Below are positions 11,749 to 23,010 of a DNA stretch of 64,000 bases, in pieces (position 1 is the first letter of the stretch; the number at the start of each line of letters is the position of its first letter). The notes under the pieces were generated by a model. It ran no database searches, was not told the DNA's origin, and saw only the letters and a program-made list of their open reading frames with translations. Source of the stretch: Mobula hypostoma (Eukaryota); the NCBI RefSeq assembly GCF_963921235.1, contig NC_086108.1, forward strand, positions 13,268,001 through 13,332,000, read 5' to 3'. A program made the position numbers and the translations under genes.

Positions 11749-12322
11749 GTTAGAAACGGCAAAAAATGTGTAACGGGATCTCAAACACAACACACCAGTT
11801 TTGCTGTCTCTGTCCAGGTTTTTACGGGGCGACCAGATATTTCCTTTTAACACCAATATATCGTTTGTGGAACCCTGGAAATGAAGAAGTATCTCGTCGT
11901 AGTTGGAAATGTACCTTGTGTTTGAGATGAACCTTTCTATTGTAACTGCGTGTTGAGAACACACCAGTGTTTTTCGCTGGAGAACACGTCTTCAACTGCA
12001 TTGATAGCACGAGGGATTCACTGCATCTAACATCTGCCTGACAATTGACAACAGGGAGGTATCATTCACCTTCTCTCTGTGGGAAGGAATTCTCTCTCTC
12101 AGCCAACCCACAGATACACCAGTGAGTTCACAGTGGGGAGAGGCCATTCACCTGCTCTGTATGTGGGATCTACTCAGTCATCCAGCCTGAAGATACATCA
12201 GCAATTTCACACCAGAGTAGGAGGGTTCACCTGTTTTGTCTGTGGGAAGTGATTCATTCTGCCATCCAAGCTGACGATAACATCAGAGAGTTCACGCTGA
12301 TGAGTGGCCATTCACCAATTCT

Positions 12323-13321
12323 GTGTGTGGGAAGGGGTTCATTCGGTCATCCCACATACAAACACACCAGTCAGTTCACTCTGGGGAGATGTCGTTCACC
12401 TGCTTAGAATGTGGGAAGGGCTTCAGTCAGTCATCCCATCTGCTGACGCACCAGTCAGTTCACACTGGGGAGAGACCGTTCACCTGCTCAGATTGTGGGA
12501 AGGCGTTCACTCAGTCATCTCACCTACAGACACACCAGCGAGTTCACACTGGGGAGAAACCGTTTACATGCTCTAACTGTGGGAAGGGATTCACTCAGTC
12601 ATCTCATCTACAGCGACACCAGTCAGTTCACACTGGAGTAATGCCGTTCACTTGCTTAGACTGTGGGAAGGGATTCACTCGATCATCTGACCTGTTGCAA
12701 CACCAGTCAGTTCACACTGGGGAGAGGCCGTTCACCTGCTCAGATTGTGGGAAGGGATTTACTCAGTCATCTCAACTGAAGGTACATCAGCGAGTTCATA
12801 CAGGGGAGAGGCCATTCACTTGCACTGAATGTGGGAGGGCATTCACTCAGTCATCCAACCTACAGAGACACCAGCGAGTTCACACTGGGGAGAGGCCATT
12901 CACCTGTTCTGTGTGTGGAAAGGGATTCACTCAATTATGCAACCTACAGACACACCAGTCAGTTCACACCGGGGAGAAACCATTCACCTGCTCAGAATGT
13001 GGGAAGGGATTCACTCAGTCATCTCACCTGCTGACACACCAGTCAGTTCACACAGGAGAGCGGTTGTTTATCTGCTTAGACTGTGGGAAGGGATTCACTC
13101 GGTCATCTCACCTACTGGCCCACCAGTCTGTTCACAGTGGGGAGATAAGGTTCTCCTGCTCAAATTGCGGGAAGGGATTTCCTCGGTCATTTCAACTGAA
13201 GCTACATCAGCGTGCTCATGCTGGGGAGAAGTTGTTTACGTGCACCGAATGTAGAAAGGGATTCACTCAGTTATCCAAACTTATGACGCACCAGCAAGCT
13301 CACGTTGAAGAAAACATTTAA
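12323..13321 (+). CDS. C2H2 zinc-finger protein, 11 complete fingers (first ATG at 12389)
   Basis: Tandem CxxC-x12-HxxxH units with TGE(R/K)PF linkers; degenerate frameshifted fingers at ~12060-12320; stop at 13321. Confidence 0.9.
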   Translation: MCGKGFIRSSHIQTHQSVHSGEMSFTCLECGKGFSQSSHLLTHQSVHTGERPFTCSDCGKAFTQSSHLQTHQRVHTGEKPFTCSNCGKGFTQSSHLQRHQSVHTGVMPFTCLDCGKGFTRSSDLLQHQSVHTGERPFTCSDCGKGFTQSSQLKVHQRVHTGERPFTCTECGRAFTQSSNLQRHQRVHTGERPFTCSVCGKGFTQLCNLQTHQSVHTGEKPFTCSECGKGFTQSSHLLTHQSVHTGERLFICLDCGKGFTRSSHLLAHQSVHSGEIRFSCSNCGKGFPRSFQLKLHQRAHAGEKLFTCTECRKGFTQLSKLMTHQQAHVEENI

Positions 13322-13349
13322 CCAGTATGGCTGCTGAATCCAGAGGAGA

Positions 13350-14010
13350 ATTCAGAAGTTCACTTTTATATCAGAATGTGCACAGTAGCAACCCGAAATC
13401 TGTGCTCTGTGCAAACATCCACGAAACAGAGAGAAGAAAACCCCGAAGATAGAAACACACTAGAACCCCAGAGCTCCCTCTTCCCACTCGCACACACAAT
13501 CAGCAGCAAAAACATCAGGCCCCCCCCCCCCACACCATGCAAGCAATAAATATATCTATCTCTCTGTCCCTCCCTGGTCCCCCCCCCATGCCAGTGCGGG
13601 AAGGGGGGCCAACAGCTCGCTGTTTGGATGTTACGATCTGTAGCGTCGCTTATTCGAGAACCCCTGACTCGGAGCCAACAGACTGTCACACACTCGAAAG
13701 GGAGAGATGGCTCGAGTGCAGAGGCTTTCGACAGCTGTCTCGATGTTTCGATCTGAGAAGCTTCAGTCGGTGAGGACTGCACCTTGAAGGCATATGTCCT
13801 CCTAACTGCTCCTGGAGATACTGGAGCGCAAGCCGCTTGACGAGCTGTGAAGAGCGAGAACCCACGCATGTGAAGAACGTAGTCTGAGTGCAGCTGTAGA
13901 GCATGGCCTTCGACAGGACCCCAGCCACCCTGAAAGGGAAAAAAAAAGGACACACGAGAACAGGAGATTTGAACTGTTTCACAGATGAACTGGAAGAAGT
14001 CACCCAAGTC
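13350..14010. mobile_element. Unclassified interspersed insertion in the ZNF gene 2 3' region
   Basis: Interrupts the homology between the two ZNF 3' flanks; its left end loosely resembles 32215-32260. Confidence 0.4.
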
Positions 14011-14158
14011 CACAAAAACTCTTGTTGTGTTGAACTCTGCAATTATTGCTGCTGCTCATCAAACGCAGTTCTGCACCCAGGTCACAGGGCATGGGAGGAG
14101 TTCCTTCTGTTGTGGTTCTCCTGTCATGGCACTGTACTGAAGTGTAATATCTGTGACA

Positions 14159-14164
14159 AATAAA
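14159..14164 (+). promoter_or_regulatory. Putative polyadenylation signal of ZNF gene 2
   Basis: AATAAA inside the flank conserved with ZNF gene 1. Confidence 0.55.
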
Positions 14165-14379
14165 TCAGTTCTATTTTTAAACTCTGTCTCGGGTACTCAG
14201 TGAATCTACAACACATCCAGTGCAGAGTAGGGGGTCAGCTGTGCCCTGCTGGTCCTTGCCAGTATTTCTGCTCCATGATGGTTCTGCTGTTCACCTCTCA
14301 CTCTCCCCGTGATGTTGGGTTCCAAACAGTCACTGCTCTGGGTGAAGGGGTTTCCCTTGAATTTCCTGCACGTGGAAGA

Positions 14380-15268
14380 CACTAACAGTATGCCAGAAGT
14401 TAGAGAATGTCAGGGGGCAGAAGCGGGTTCAATTGCTATTATGAAGCAGAAGGTGCTTGGGAAGCTGAAAGGTCTGAAGGTAAATAAGTCACTGGACCAG
14501 ATAGACTACACCCCAGAGTTCTGAAGTAGGTGAATGAGGAGATTGTGGAGGTTTAGGTAATGATCTTTCAAGAATCACTAAATTCTGGTATGGTTTTGGA
14601 GGACTGGAAGATGGCAAATGTCACTCCACTCACAAGAAGGGAGGGAAGCAGAAGAAAGAGAATTATAGGCCAGTTAACCTGACCTCACTGTTTGGAGTCG
14701 ATTGATAAGGATGTGGTTTCAGTACATGAAGCCACAGGATAAAATAGGCCATAGTCAGCATGGTTTCTTTAAGGGAAAATCTTGCCTTACAAACCTATTA
14801 TAATCTTTTGAGGAAATAACAAGCAGGAGGGACAAAGGAGAGTCAGTGGATGTTGTGTACTTGGATTTTCAGAAGGCCTTTGACAAGGTATTGCACGTGA
14901 GGCTGTGTAGCCCATGAGCCCATGGCATTACAGGAAAAATACTTGCATGCATAGAGCATTGGCTGATTGGCAGGAGGCCAAGAGTGGGAATAAAGGGAGC
15001 CTTTTCTGATTGGCTGCCAGTGACGACAGGGGTAGGTGTTGAGACCACTACTTTTATGTTATGCTAATTATTTTGATGATGGAATAAACGGTTGTGTGGC
15101 CAGATAGGTAGAGGAGCAGGTAGTTTTGAGAAAGCAGAAAGACTTAGACAGATTAGGAGAATGGGCAAAGAACTGACAGATGGAATAGAGTGTTGGGAAG
15201 TATATCGTTATACAGTTTGGTAAAGGAATAAAAGTGTAGATTATTTTCTAAATGGGCAGAAAATTCAA
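14380..15268 (+). mobile_element. Decayed CR1 ORF2 fragment
   Basis: KVLGKLKGLKVNKS, EDWKMANVTPL and VDVVYLDFQKAFDKV motifs, with stops. Confidence 0.85.
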
Positions 15269-15269
15269 A

Positions 15270-15798
15270 GGAGGAGGGGGAGACCAGGGAGGAGAGAGTG
15301 AGGGACAGAGAGGGGTACAGGCAGATGGATAGGAAGAGAGAGAGGGGGACAGCGAGAGACAGCAGGGAGAGAGGAGGAGTAGGGAGGCAGGGAAGTGGAG
15401 AGGAGGACAGGGAGAGACCAGGAGGGAGAGAGAGCAGCAGGGAGAAAGGGATGAAGGGGAGAGCGGTATGAAGTGGGAGACAAGGGAAGGGGATGGGAGA
15501 CACAGGGTGATAGGGTAGGGGAGGGAGAGAGGGGTCCAGAGAGGAAGAAGGGGTGTGGGGGATAGAGGGATGGGCAGGGGTTTAGGAAACAGGGATGGAG
15601 AAAGGCAGATGGAGGGGAGTAGGGAGAGTGGCCCTACAGGGATGGGGAGGGAAGGGAAACTGTGGGGGATGGAAGGGGAGAGATGGGCAGAGGGAAGAGA
15701 AGATGGGGATTGTGGTGAGAGAGTGACGGACAGAGGGTCAGAACGGGATAAGGAAGGGGACAGAGAGACATAGTGAGAGAGGGACAGGGAGGGAGAAA
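15270..15798 (+). repeat. GA-rich polypurine low-complexity tract
   Basis: Over 500 bp almost entirely G/A on plus. Confidence 0.8.
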
Positions 15799-15804
15799 CA
15801 TTAG

Positions 15805-16373
15805 TCACAAATGAGTAGTACCTGGAATGGTCCTTCAGACAAAGGTTGCAAACATATCTTCCTCTTAAATGTCTGGACAATCAAGTAATCTCCATAGCGT
15901 GATACTTAGTGTAGGTTGTCGGTTGTTATGCTTTCTTCACCTGTTCATGATACGTGATGATACCTTTTGTCAAGGATACACAATAGGCCAACATGCTTTC
16001 ATCCAAATTATGTTTGTCCATTTGTTTGACTGCTAGTGGTGCAACAAATGGCAGGTGCAATAGCTGACCCATTACAATTTTTTGGGGGAACAATCCTGTA
16101 GACCTATTGGCCGTGGCCCTAATGGTCACAGGAACCAAAGGTAATACTTGTTTCCATCTTAATCTAGTTTCCTCACACATTTTGCCAAGCTTGTTTTAAA
16201 TTGTTCCACTCAACCTTTCTACTAAGCCTGCCATCTGAGCCACAATAGAAACATTGATCAATCTGTAAACCTTATGTCCTTCTTTTATTATCTTCCCAGT
16301 AAAGGGGGAATGGTTATCCAAGGGGTAACAATTTCCAGGGGATCCCAAACCTCGGGATGATTTCCTTCAATAA
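15805..16373 (-). mobile_element. Class I (gamma/epsilon-like) endogenous retrovirus integrase relic
   Basis: LLKEIIPRFGIP (16338-16373), AGLVER, KLGKMCEETRLRWKQVLPLV..IRATANRSTGL, GDYLIVQTFKRK..EGPFQVLL. Confidence 0.75.
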
Positions 16374-16404
16374 GCGGGGGGGGGGGGGGCAGGCGCGAGC
16401 AATT

Positions 16405-16850
16405 ATTGGAAGTTCAAGAAAGCAATGTTCATGCCATCAGGTGGGAGGCTACCCAGATGGAATATAAGGTGTTATTCCTTCAGGTTGAGTGTTTAATTGC
16501 CCCCCTTTCACTATTCCCCATTCCTGTTTCCCTCTCACATCTCTTCTTACATACCCATCACCTCCCTCTAGTGCTTCTCCTTCCCTTTCTTCCACGGTCT
16601 TCTGTCCTCTCCTATCAGATTCCCCCTTCTCCAGCCCTTTATTTCCTTCACCAATCAACTTCCCAGCTCTTTACTTCACCCCTCCCTCCCTCCCTCCCTC
16701 CCTCCCGGTTTCACCTATCACCAGCCACTTCTTCCTCCCCTTCTCCCACCTTCCTTTCCAGTCCCAATGAAGGGTTTTGGCCCAAGGTGTTGACTGTTTA
16801 CTCTTTACCATAGATGAGCCTGGATTCCAGCATTTTGTTTGTGTTGCTTC
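16405..16850. mobile_element. Penelope-like element remnant with an inverted segment
   Basis: Minus 16405-16490 encodes HLIFHLGSLPPDGMNI (GIY-YIG C-terminus); plus 16495-16850 is the pyrimidine-rich 3' end, with a degenerate hammerhead-like motif at ~16761-16795. Confidence 0.7.
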
Positions 16851-16947
16851 ATTTCACGATGTGTTTTAGGCCATGGTGCTTCGGTATAGTCTTTATCTGG
16901 GTTTTCATAAAACATCTAGTGTCCTGGGACAAAATACGCCCAAAGTA

Positions 16948-17533
16948 CGAGGGGTGATTGGTAAGTTCGTGGCCTAAGGTAGGAGGAGTCAATTTCAGAA
17001 AACCTAGCACATTTATTTGTCAACATAGTCCCCTCCTACATTTACACACTTAGCGCAGTGGTTGTGGAGCATACGGATCTTGGACCTCCAGAAAGTGTCC
17101 ACAGCAGGGGTGATTGATAAGTTTGTGGCCTAAGGTAGACGGAGGTGAGTTATACAGCTCTCGTTACATGCACATGCAGGTCAACTCTTTCAGTGATTAT
17201 GCAGAAAGGTTGAAGTTAGTAACTCATCAGGGATGATTGATAAGTTTGTGGCGTACGGTAGAAGGAGATGAGTTATCAACTGCAAACTTTCTGCATAATC
17301 ACTGAAAGAGTTGACCTGCATGTGCATGTAACGAGAGCTGTATAACTCACCTCCATCTACCTTAGGCCACAAACTTATCAATCATCCCTTCTGTGGACAC
17401 TTTCTGGAGGTCCAAGATCCGTATGCTCCACGACCACTGCACTAAGTGTGTAAATGTAGGAAAAATAAATGTGCTAGGTTTTCTAAAGTTGACTCCTTCT
17501 AACTTAGGCCATGAATGTATCAATCACCCCTCG
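16948..17533. mobile_element. Tc1/mariner-type MITE with ~270-280 bp inverted arms
   Basis: TA|CGAGGGGTGATTG...CAATCACCCCTCG|TA; arms 16948-17228 and 17267-17533 are near reverse complements; TA duplication. Confidence 0.9.
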
Positions 17534-17974
17534 TATGTAACAAGTGACTGAACCCACAGCCATTCAAATTGCAAAGACAAGATTTTCTTTTAACTGCTTT
17601 CTCTGTTCATGTTTCATACACTAGGCTGCCATTTTCTTACCCAACATTCCCCTAACCACCAGAACAGGGAAAGTCCCAACAAAATGCATAGCCCAAATGA
17701 ATAAAACTCAGCAGTCGGGACCAGAGGTGAGGGCTGGGCCAGTTCGGCTCACTGCTCCGTCATGTTTACTGGGCTCTGCCCTGCGCTGAGGCTGTGACCT
17801 GCTCCAGGCTTTGTGTCTGTGGACTCATGTTCGCTACTTGCTTACTGTTATTTTTTTGCACAAGGTGTTTTTTTTTGGGATGTTTGACAGTTCTGATTCT
17901 ATGTAGTATCTGGTTGCAAACGACCTTATCTGGTATAGTTCCTGGTATGGACGTGTTTGGTAGTATTCATTTGA

Positions 17975-18840
17975 CTGTGCAACTTATGCAGGACACGTTA
18001 GAGCCAATTGTATCACACGATTTCTATATTGGCTAAGTCAGTGTTTCAGAGCAAACAGCATATGATTGTGACTTTCTTTAATAATTCCACATAGTAATTA
18101 AATGCAAATAACTTTATACTGTATTTCATAGCATTATTTGATTGTACAACTTAAGCTTAAGAAGGTAGATACAAATTTATCACACAATTTCCGACTGACT
18201 AAATCAGCAAGCAGCATACAATGCCACTATCTGCAATAAAACCATGTTGTAACCTTATCTTATGTACAGCAGTTCCTGGTGTGGAAGTGTTTGGTGAAAT
18301 TTATTTGTTCAGACACTTATACTTGAGAAGTTAGAGCCAGTGACTTGGTATATTAGTGTTTCAGTGCACATCATGCAATTGCTGCTTTCTATAATAAACC
18401 AAAGAAGTAACTAAACCAACCTTATTTTATGCATTTGGTGATGCCATAGAGTGTGGTAGCATGTATTTGATAGAACAACCTACGCTTGGGAAGGTATGTA
18501 TCACAAAAGTTCCAGAATGGCAAAATCAGTTTCCCAGAGCAGATTTCATAAGATTGCCAATTGCTTAATAAAACCTCTTGGCACCCCGTTGAAAGCTGCC
18601 TTTGGTTGTTCCAGGTGCTGAATTGTCTAGTACTGTTCACTTAGTTATGTATCTTAAGTCTGTGAAGTTATATCCACATATCAGTGTTTCTAGAGCAAAA
18701 TTTATATATTGCCAGTTTCTTCAAAAACACTGTGGTAATTCTTTTAAGCACCTATCTGTTATTTATCTCATGGTGTCAAGAGTGTCAAATGAGTTGTGCA
18801 ACTGAAGTCTTGAGAAATTGGATCCACATGTATAGTAAAA
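17975..18840 (+). repeat. Old degenerate tandem repeat, period ~165 bp
   Basis: Recurring motif TGTACAACTTAAGCTTGAGAAGTTAGATCCA...CAGTGTTTCAGAGCAAA near 17978, 18143, 18312, 18478, 18648, 18796. Confidence 0.65.
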
Positions 18841-18879
18841 CATGTATAACATTATGCGGGCATCATGGCAATTGTAGTG

Positions 18880-20590
18880 GTTAGCATTCGCTATTGTGGG
18901 ATGTGAGAGAAGTTTCTAGAGAGCTAAGCAGGAAGAGACTTCTAAAGGACAGCAGTCTGGCAGGGCACAACGGAAGATGCTGCTTGAAGGAGAGCCCCGT
19001 TGTAAGAAGTGCTTTGTGCAAATGAATGGCTCCAGGGAATACTAATGAAAGAGCCAGTTTGTTTGGCACGGTCTTCGAGGGAACTTCAGGTTATGGTGGC
19101 TGCTTTCATGCAGACTGTGGGTCCAGCGTGTGAGTAAGGTGATGCACCCCCGACTACTCCAGAAATGGGCCCTTTTGTTTTCCTTTTTTTCCCCCCTGAA
19201 ACTACAAATTTGGGAAATATATTTCTTTATAATTTTATGCCAGTGTATGGTCTATTAATTTTCTAGCGAAGATAGCTCTGCATGGAGCAGTGTTCGCAAA
19301 GATCAGTGTTTCTCAATTGGAACATTAGGACCTTCCTGTTTGTTTGCATTTCAAATCATACCGCCCCTAGATGGGCATTGCTTATGAAAGGTGGCTATCT
19401 CATTGCTGAGTCACCTGGCTGTGATTTGTGGGGTGCTCGTCCTGGATTTCAGATGCTGTGTGAATGCTGTTTAAGGTTTGATTAAGTGGTTTATTTGTGT
19501 GTTTAAGCCATTGTTTAAACTGGTGTTTGGGAAAGTGAGGTGTGTTGTAATTAAGGTACTTTATTATGGATGCCGTGGCAATTAAGGCTTGGAGCAATTC
19601 GAAGAGGTAACGCTTCTGTTCTGAGCAGGGTAGATATTCGAATTTCCGATGAACTGCTACGTAAGAGTGCTGAGTTCTGTCAAGGTCTTGGAGAAAGTTA
19701 CGCTGAATGAACAGTACTTTGACCAATCAGCTGGAAAGGATGTTATGATGGTCCAGGCTGCCAATGACAAGACTGAAGTCGCACTGCCCGATAAGAAAGG
19801 GGAACTTGGAGAGGCGGCAGAGCTTGGATTGAGAAGAGGAACATTTCCAAAAGCAGATTAGTTTTCGATGGGTTGTCTATTACATAAGTGCCAAAGTATA
19901 CCTGCAGAGAGCCAAAGTCATTGTAGGTTGAGAATGTTCTCAGGAGTTGAGCTCACACCTGATGGGAAAGAATAATATGAGGTTTGTGCTGAGCAGAGGT
20001 CTCAGTTAATGGATGAATGGCAGTGCTCAGATAATATGGGAAAACAGAGACTGGTGGAGAGTTTAAAGGGTCCGGTGGCTGATATACTGAGGTCCCTCAA
20101 GGCAGAAACCTTTTTAGCCATGTCAGCTAATTACCTGCAAGTTCTGGAAGATGCTTTCAGCACTACTGAAAGTTCAGCCGATTTTATGATGAATTTTAGG
20201 CACACATTCCAGGTGGAAGGAGAGAAGTTGCCTACATTTTCAGGTTAGAGAAACCGCTGCACTGTTTGTGCAACAAAGAGGGCATTCAACTGTCTGAGAG
20301 AAATTGTTTGAGGGTGGAGCAAGTGATGAAGGTCACACTGTCGCATGACATGATTGCTCTACGCATTTGAATGACCCACAAGATGCAGCCTCCTCCATCT
20401 TTTACTGAGTTGCTCAGAGAAGTTGGAGAGAAGGAAAAGCAGAACATTGAGAATCAGAACATTTCCAAGTGCCTTTGGTGGTAGCCTCTGTTGCTAAAGT
20501 AACCCCTGATGCCACAGAGATGGAGCTTTTGAGGAATGAGGTGAAAACCCTTTGAGCTGAGCTGATTTGATGGACGTCTGCTAATGTTTC
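18880..20590 (+). mobile_element. Gypsy LTR retrotransposon relic with PNMA-like gag
   Basis: Degenerate tRNA-Pro-type PBS TGGGGTGCTCGTCCTGGAT at 19429; gag from ATG ~19567 with LRMFSG, MDEWQCSD..KQRLVESLKGPVADI, LEDAFSTTES, FRHTFQVEGEKL; stops and frameshifts; LTR limits approximate. Confidence 0.75.
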
Positions 20591-22244
20591 AGCTAAATGT
20601 GACACGTCTGTGTTTACTGTTGAAAGGGACACAGAATCTATAGAAATGAGGCAAAGCAGCAGTGAGATCATGGATCGTATGCACATTACAAAAGAGAAGT
20701 TTGCTGTCTTGAGGCCAATTGGGGTAAACAAATCCCCAGGGCCTGACAAGGTGCTCCCTTGGACCCTATGGGAAGCAAGTTCAGAAACTGTAGGGGTCCT
20801 ACCAGGGAGAATTTAAATCATTCTCAGTGACAGGTGAGGTACCAGATGATGGGAGGATAGCTAATGTTGGTCCACTGCTTAAGAAAGGTTCTAACAATAA
20901 ACCAGGAAAATATAGGCCGGTGAGCCTGAAATCACGAGTGGGAAAGTTATTGGAAGGTATTATAAAAGATTGGATATATAAGTATTTGGATAGACAAGGA
21001 CTGATTAAGGATAGTCAGCGTGGCTTCGTATGTGGCAGGTCATGTCTAACCGATCTTGTACAGTTTTTCAAGGAAGTTACCAGGAAAGTTGATGAAGACA
21101 AGGCAGTGATGTTTTCTACATGGACCTTAGCAAGGCATTTGATGAGGTTTCACATGGGAATTTGGTCAAGAAGGTTCATTCAGATGAGATAGTAAATTGG
21201 ATCAGACATGGGTTTAGTGGGAGATGCCAGAGTGTGGTAGTTGTCACTCTGACTGGAGGTCTGTGACCAGTGAGTTCTGTAGGGATTGGTGCTAGGTCTG
21301 TTGTTGTTTTTCATCTATGTCAACAATCTAGATGATACTGTGGTTAACTGCATTAGCAAATTTGCAGATGACACCAAAATTGGTGTAGTGGACAGTGAGG
21401 AAGCCTATCAGAGCTTGTAGCAGGATCTGGATGAGTTAGGTAAATGGGCTGAGTAGTGGCAGATGGAACTTAATGCTGGCATGTGTGATGTGTTGCACTT
21501 TGGTAGGACCAACCAAGATAGGTTTTGCACAGTGGACAGTAGGGCACTGAGGAGTATGATGGAACAAAGGGATCTGGGAATACAGGTCCATAATTCCTTG
21601 AAAGTGGTGTCATAGTAGGATAGGGTCATAAAGAAAGCTATTGACATATTGGCTTTCATAGACCAAAGTATTGAGTACAGTCGTTGAGATGTTGAAGTTG
21701 TACAAGACATCGGGGACGCCTGATTTGGAGTGTTGTGTGCAGTTTTGGTCGCATACCTACGGGAAAGATGTACATAAGTTTGAAAGAGTGCAGAGAAAAC
21801 TTGCGAGGATATCGCTGGGACTGGAGGACCCGAGTTATAAGGAAAGATTGAATAGGTTAGAACTTTATTCACTGGAGCATAGAAGATTAGGGTAAAGATT
21901 GGGTAAATGCATGCAGGCTTTTTCCACTGAGGTTGGGTGAGATTATAACTAGAGGTCATGGGTTAAATGTGAAAGGTGAAATGTTTAAAGGGAACATGAG
22001 GGGAAACTTCTTCACTCAAAGGATAGTGAGAGTGTGGAATGAGCTGCCAGCACGAGGGGTGGATGTGATTTTGATTTTAGCATTAAAGAGGAGTTTGGAT
22101 AGGTACGTGGTTGATAGGGATATGGAGGGCTATGGTCCCAGTACAGGATGATGGGACTATGCAGTTTAAATGGTTCGGCATTGACTAGATGAGCCAAAGG
22201 GCCTGTTTCTGTGATGCAGTTTTCTATTACTCTATGATTCTATG
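20590..22244 (+). mobile_element. Decayed CR1 LINE (RT through 3' tail)
   Basis: KSPGPDK, YRPVSL, SKFADDTK, GNFFTQRIVRVWNELP; tail TCTATGATTCTATG at ~22231. Confidence 0.9.
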
Positions 22245-23010
22245 TACAACTTATGCTCGAGAGGTTAGATCCAATGGTATAACTAAACTACCACACAGTT
22301 GATTATCAGTGTTCCAGAGCAAAATACATAAATTGCCATTTTTTTTCAAAACCACTACACATTTCAGCAAAAGGAAGTTCATCATAATGTTTGCTTAGAA
22401 ATACTAATTTATCCAATCTGAAAGCTTTGTGACACAATTTGGTCTAACACCTCAAGCTTAGGTTGCACTATAGAATAAATGTCACTTCAGCACCATGAGA
22501 TATATAAGCTAAAGTTGGTTGCAATAAGCTTCTGCATTGTTTCATTATAGACAGTCGCAATTTTACCCTGTACATTCAGTAACACTGATTTGACCTTTCT
22601 GGAGATTTTTGGTACGTTGTACAACTTAAGATTGAGAAGTTTGATCCAATCAAATAGCTGCTACAAAAATCTTCAGCACCATGATGTACATAAAATAAAA
22701 TTGTTTGCAACAAGCTACTACTGGTTTCTTTTATAGAAGGTGGGAATTGTGTGCTGCATGCTATATAACATAATTAACTAATTTGGATGTTTTGTGATAA
22801 CATTTTCTCTAACTTCTCAAGCTTAAGTTCTGCAGTCAAAATTTCAGCAGCATGAAGTACATAAAATAAAATTCCTGCAACAATTTACTGCATGGTTTAA
22901 TTATAGAAAGTGGTAATTGTATGCTGTTTGCTCAGAAACACTGATTTGGCCAATCTGGAAATGTTGTGATACCATTGCATCTAACTTCTCAAGTTTAAGT
23001 TGTACAATTA
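22243..23010. repeat. Continuation of the ~165-bp degenerate repeat in mixed orientation
   Basis: Forward copies at ~22243 and ~22619; reverse copies (TCTAACTTCTCAAGCTTAAGTTGTACA-like) at ~22443, ~22808, ~22980. Confidence 0.65.

Noticed and set aside
13366..14042. 215-aa minus-strand ORF as a gene
   Set aside because: No domain similarity recognised; lies within an apparent insertion in the ZNF 3' flank
15153..15880. Leu/Ser/Pro-rich ORFs
   Set aside because: Translation of a polypurine/polypyrimidine low-complexity tract
19567..20590. Domesticated PNMA-family host gene
   Set aside because: Multiple stops and frameshifts, with a PBS upstream; a decayed retrotransposon
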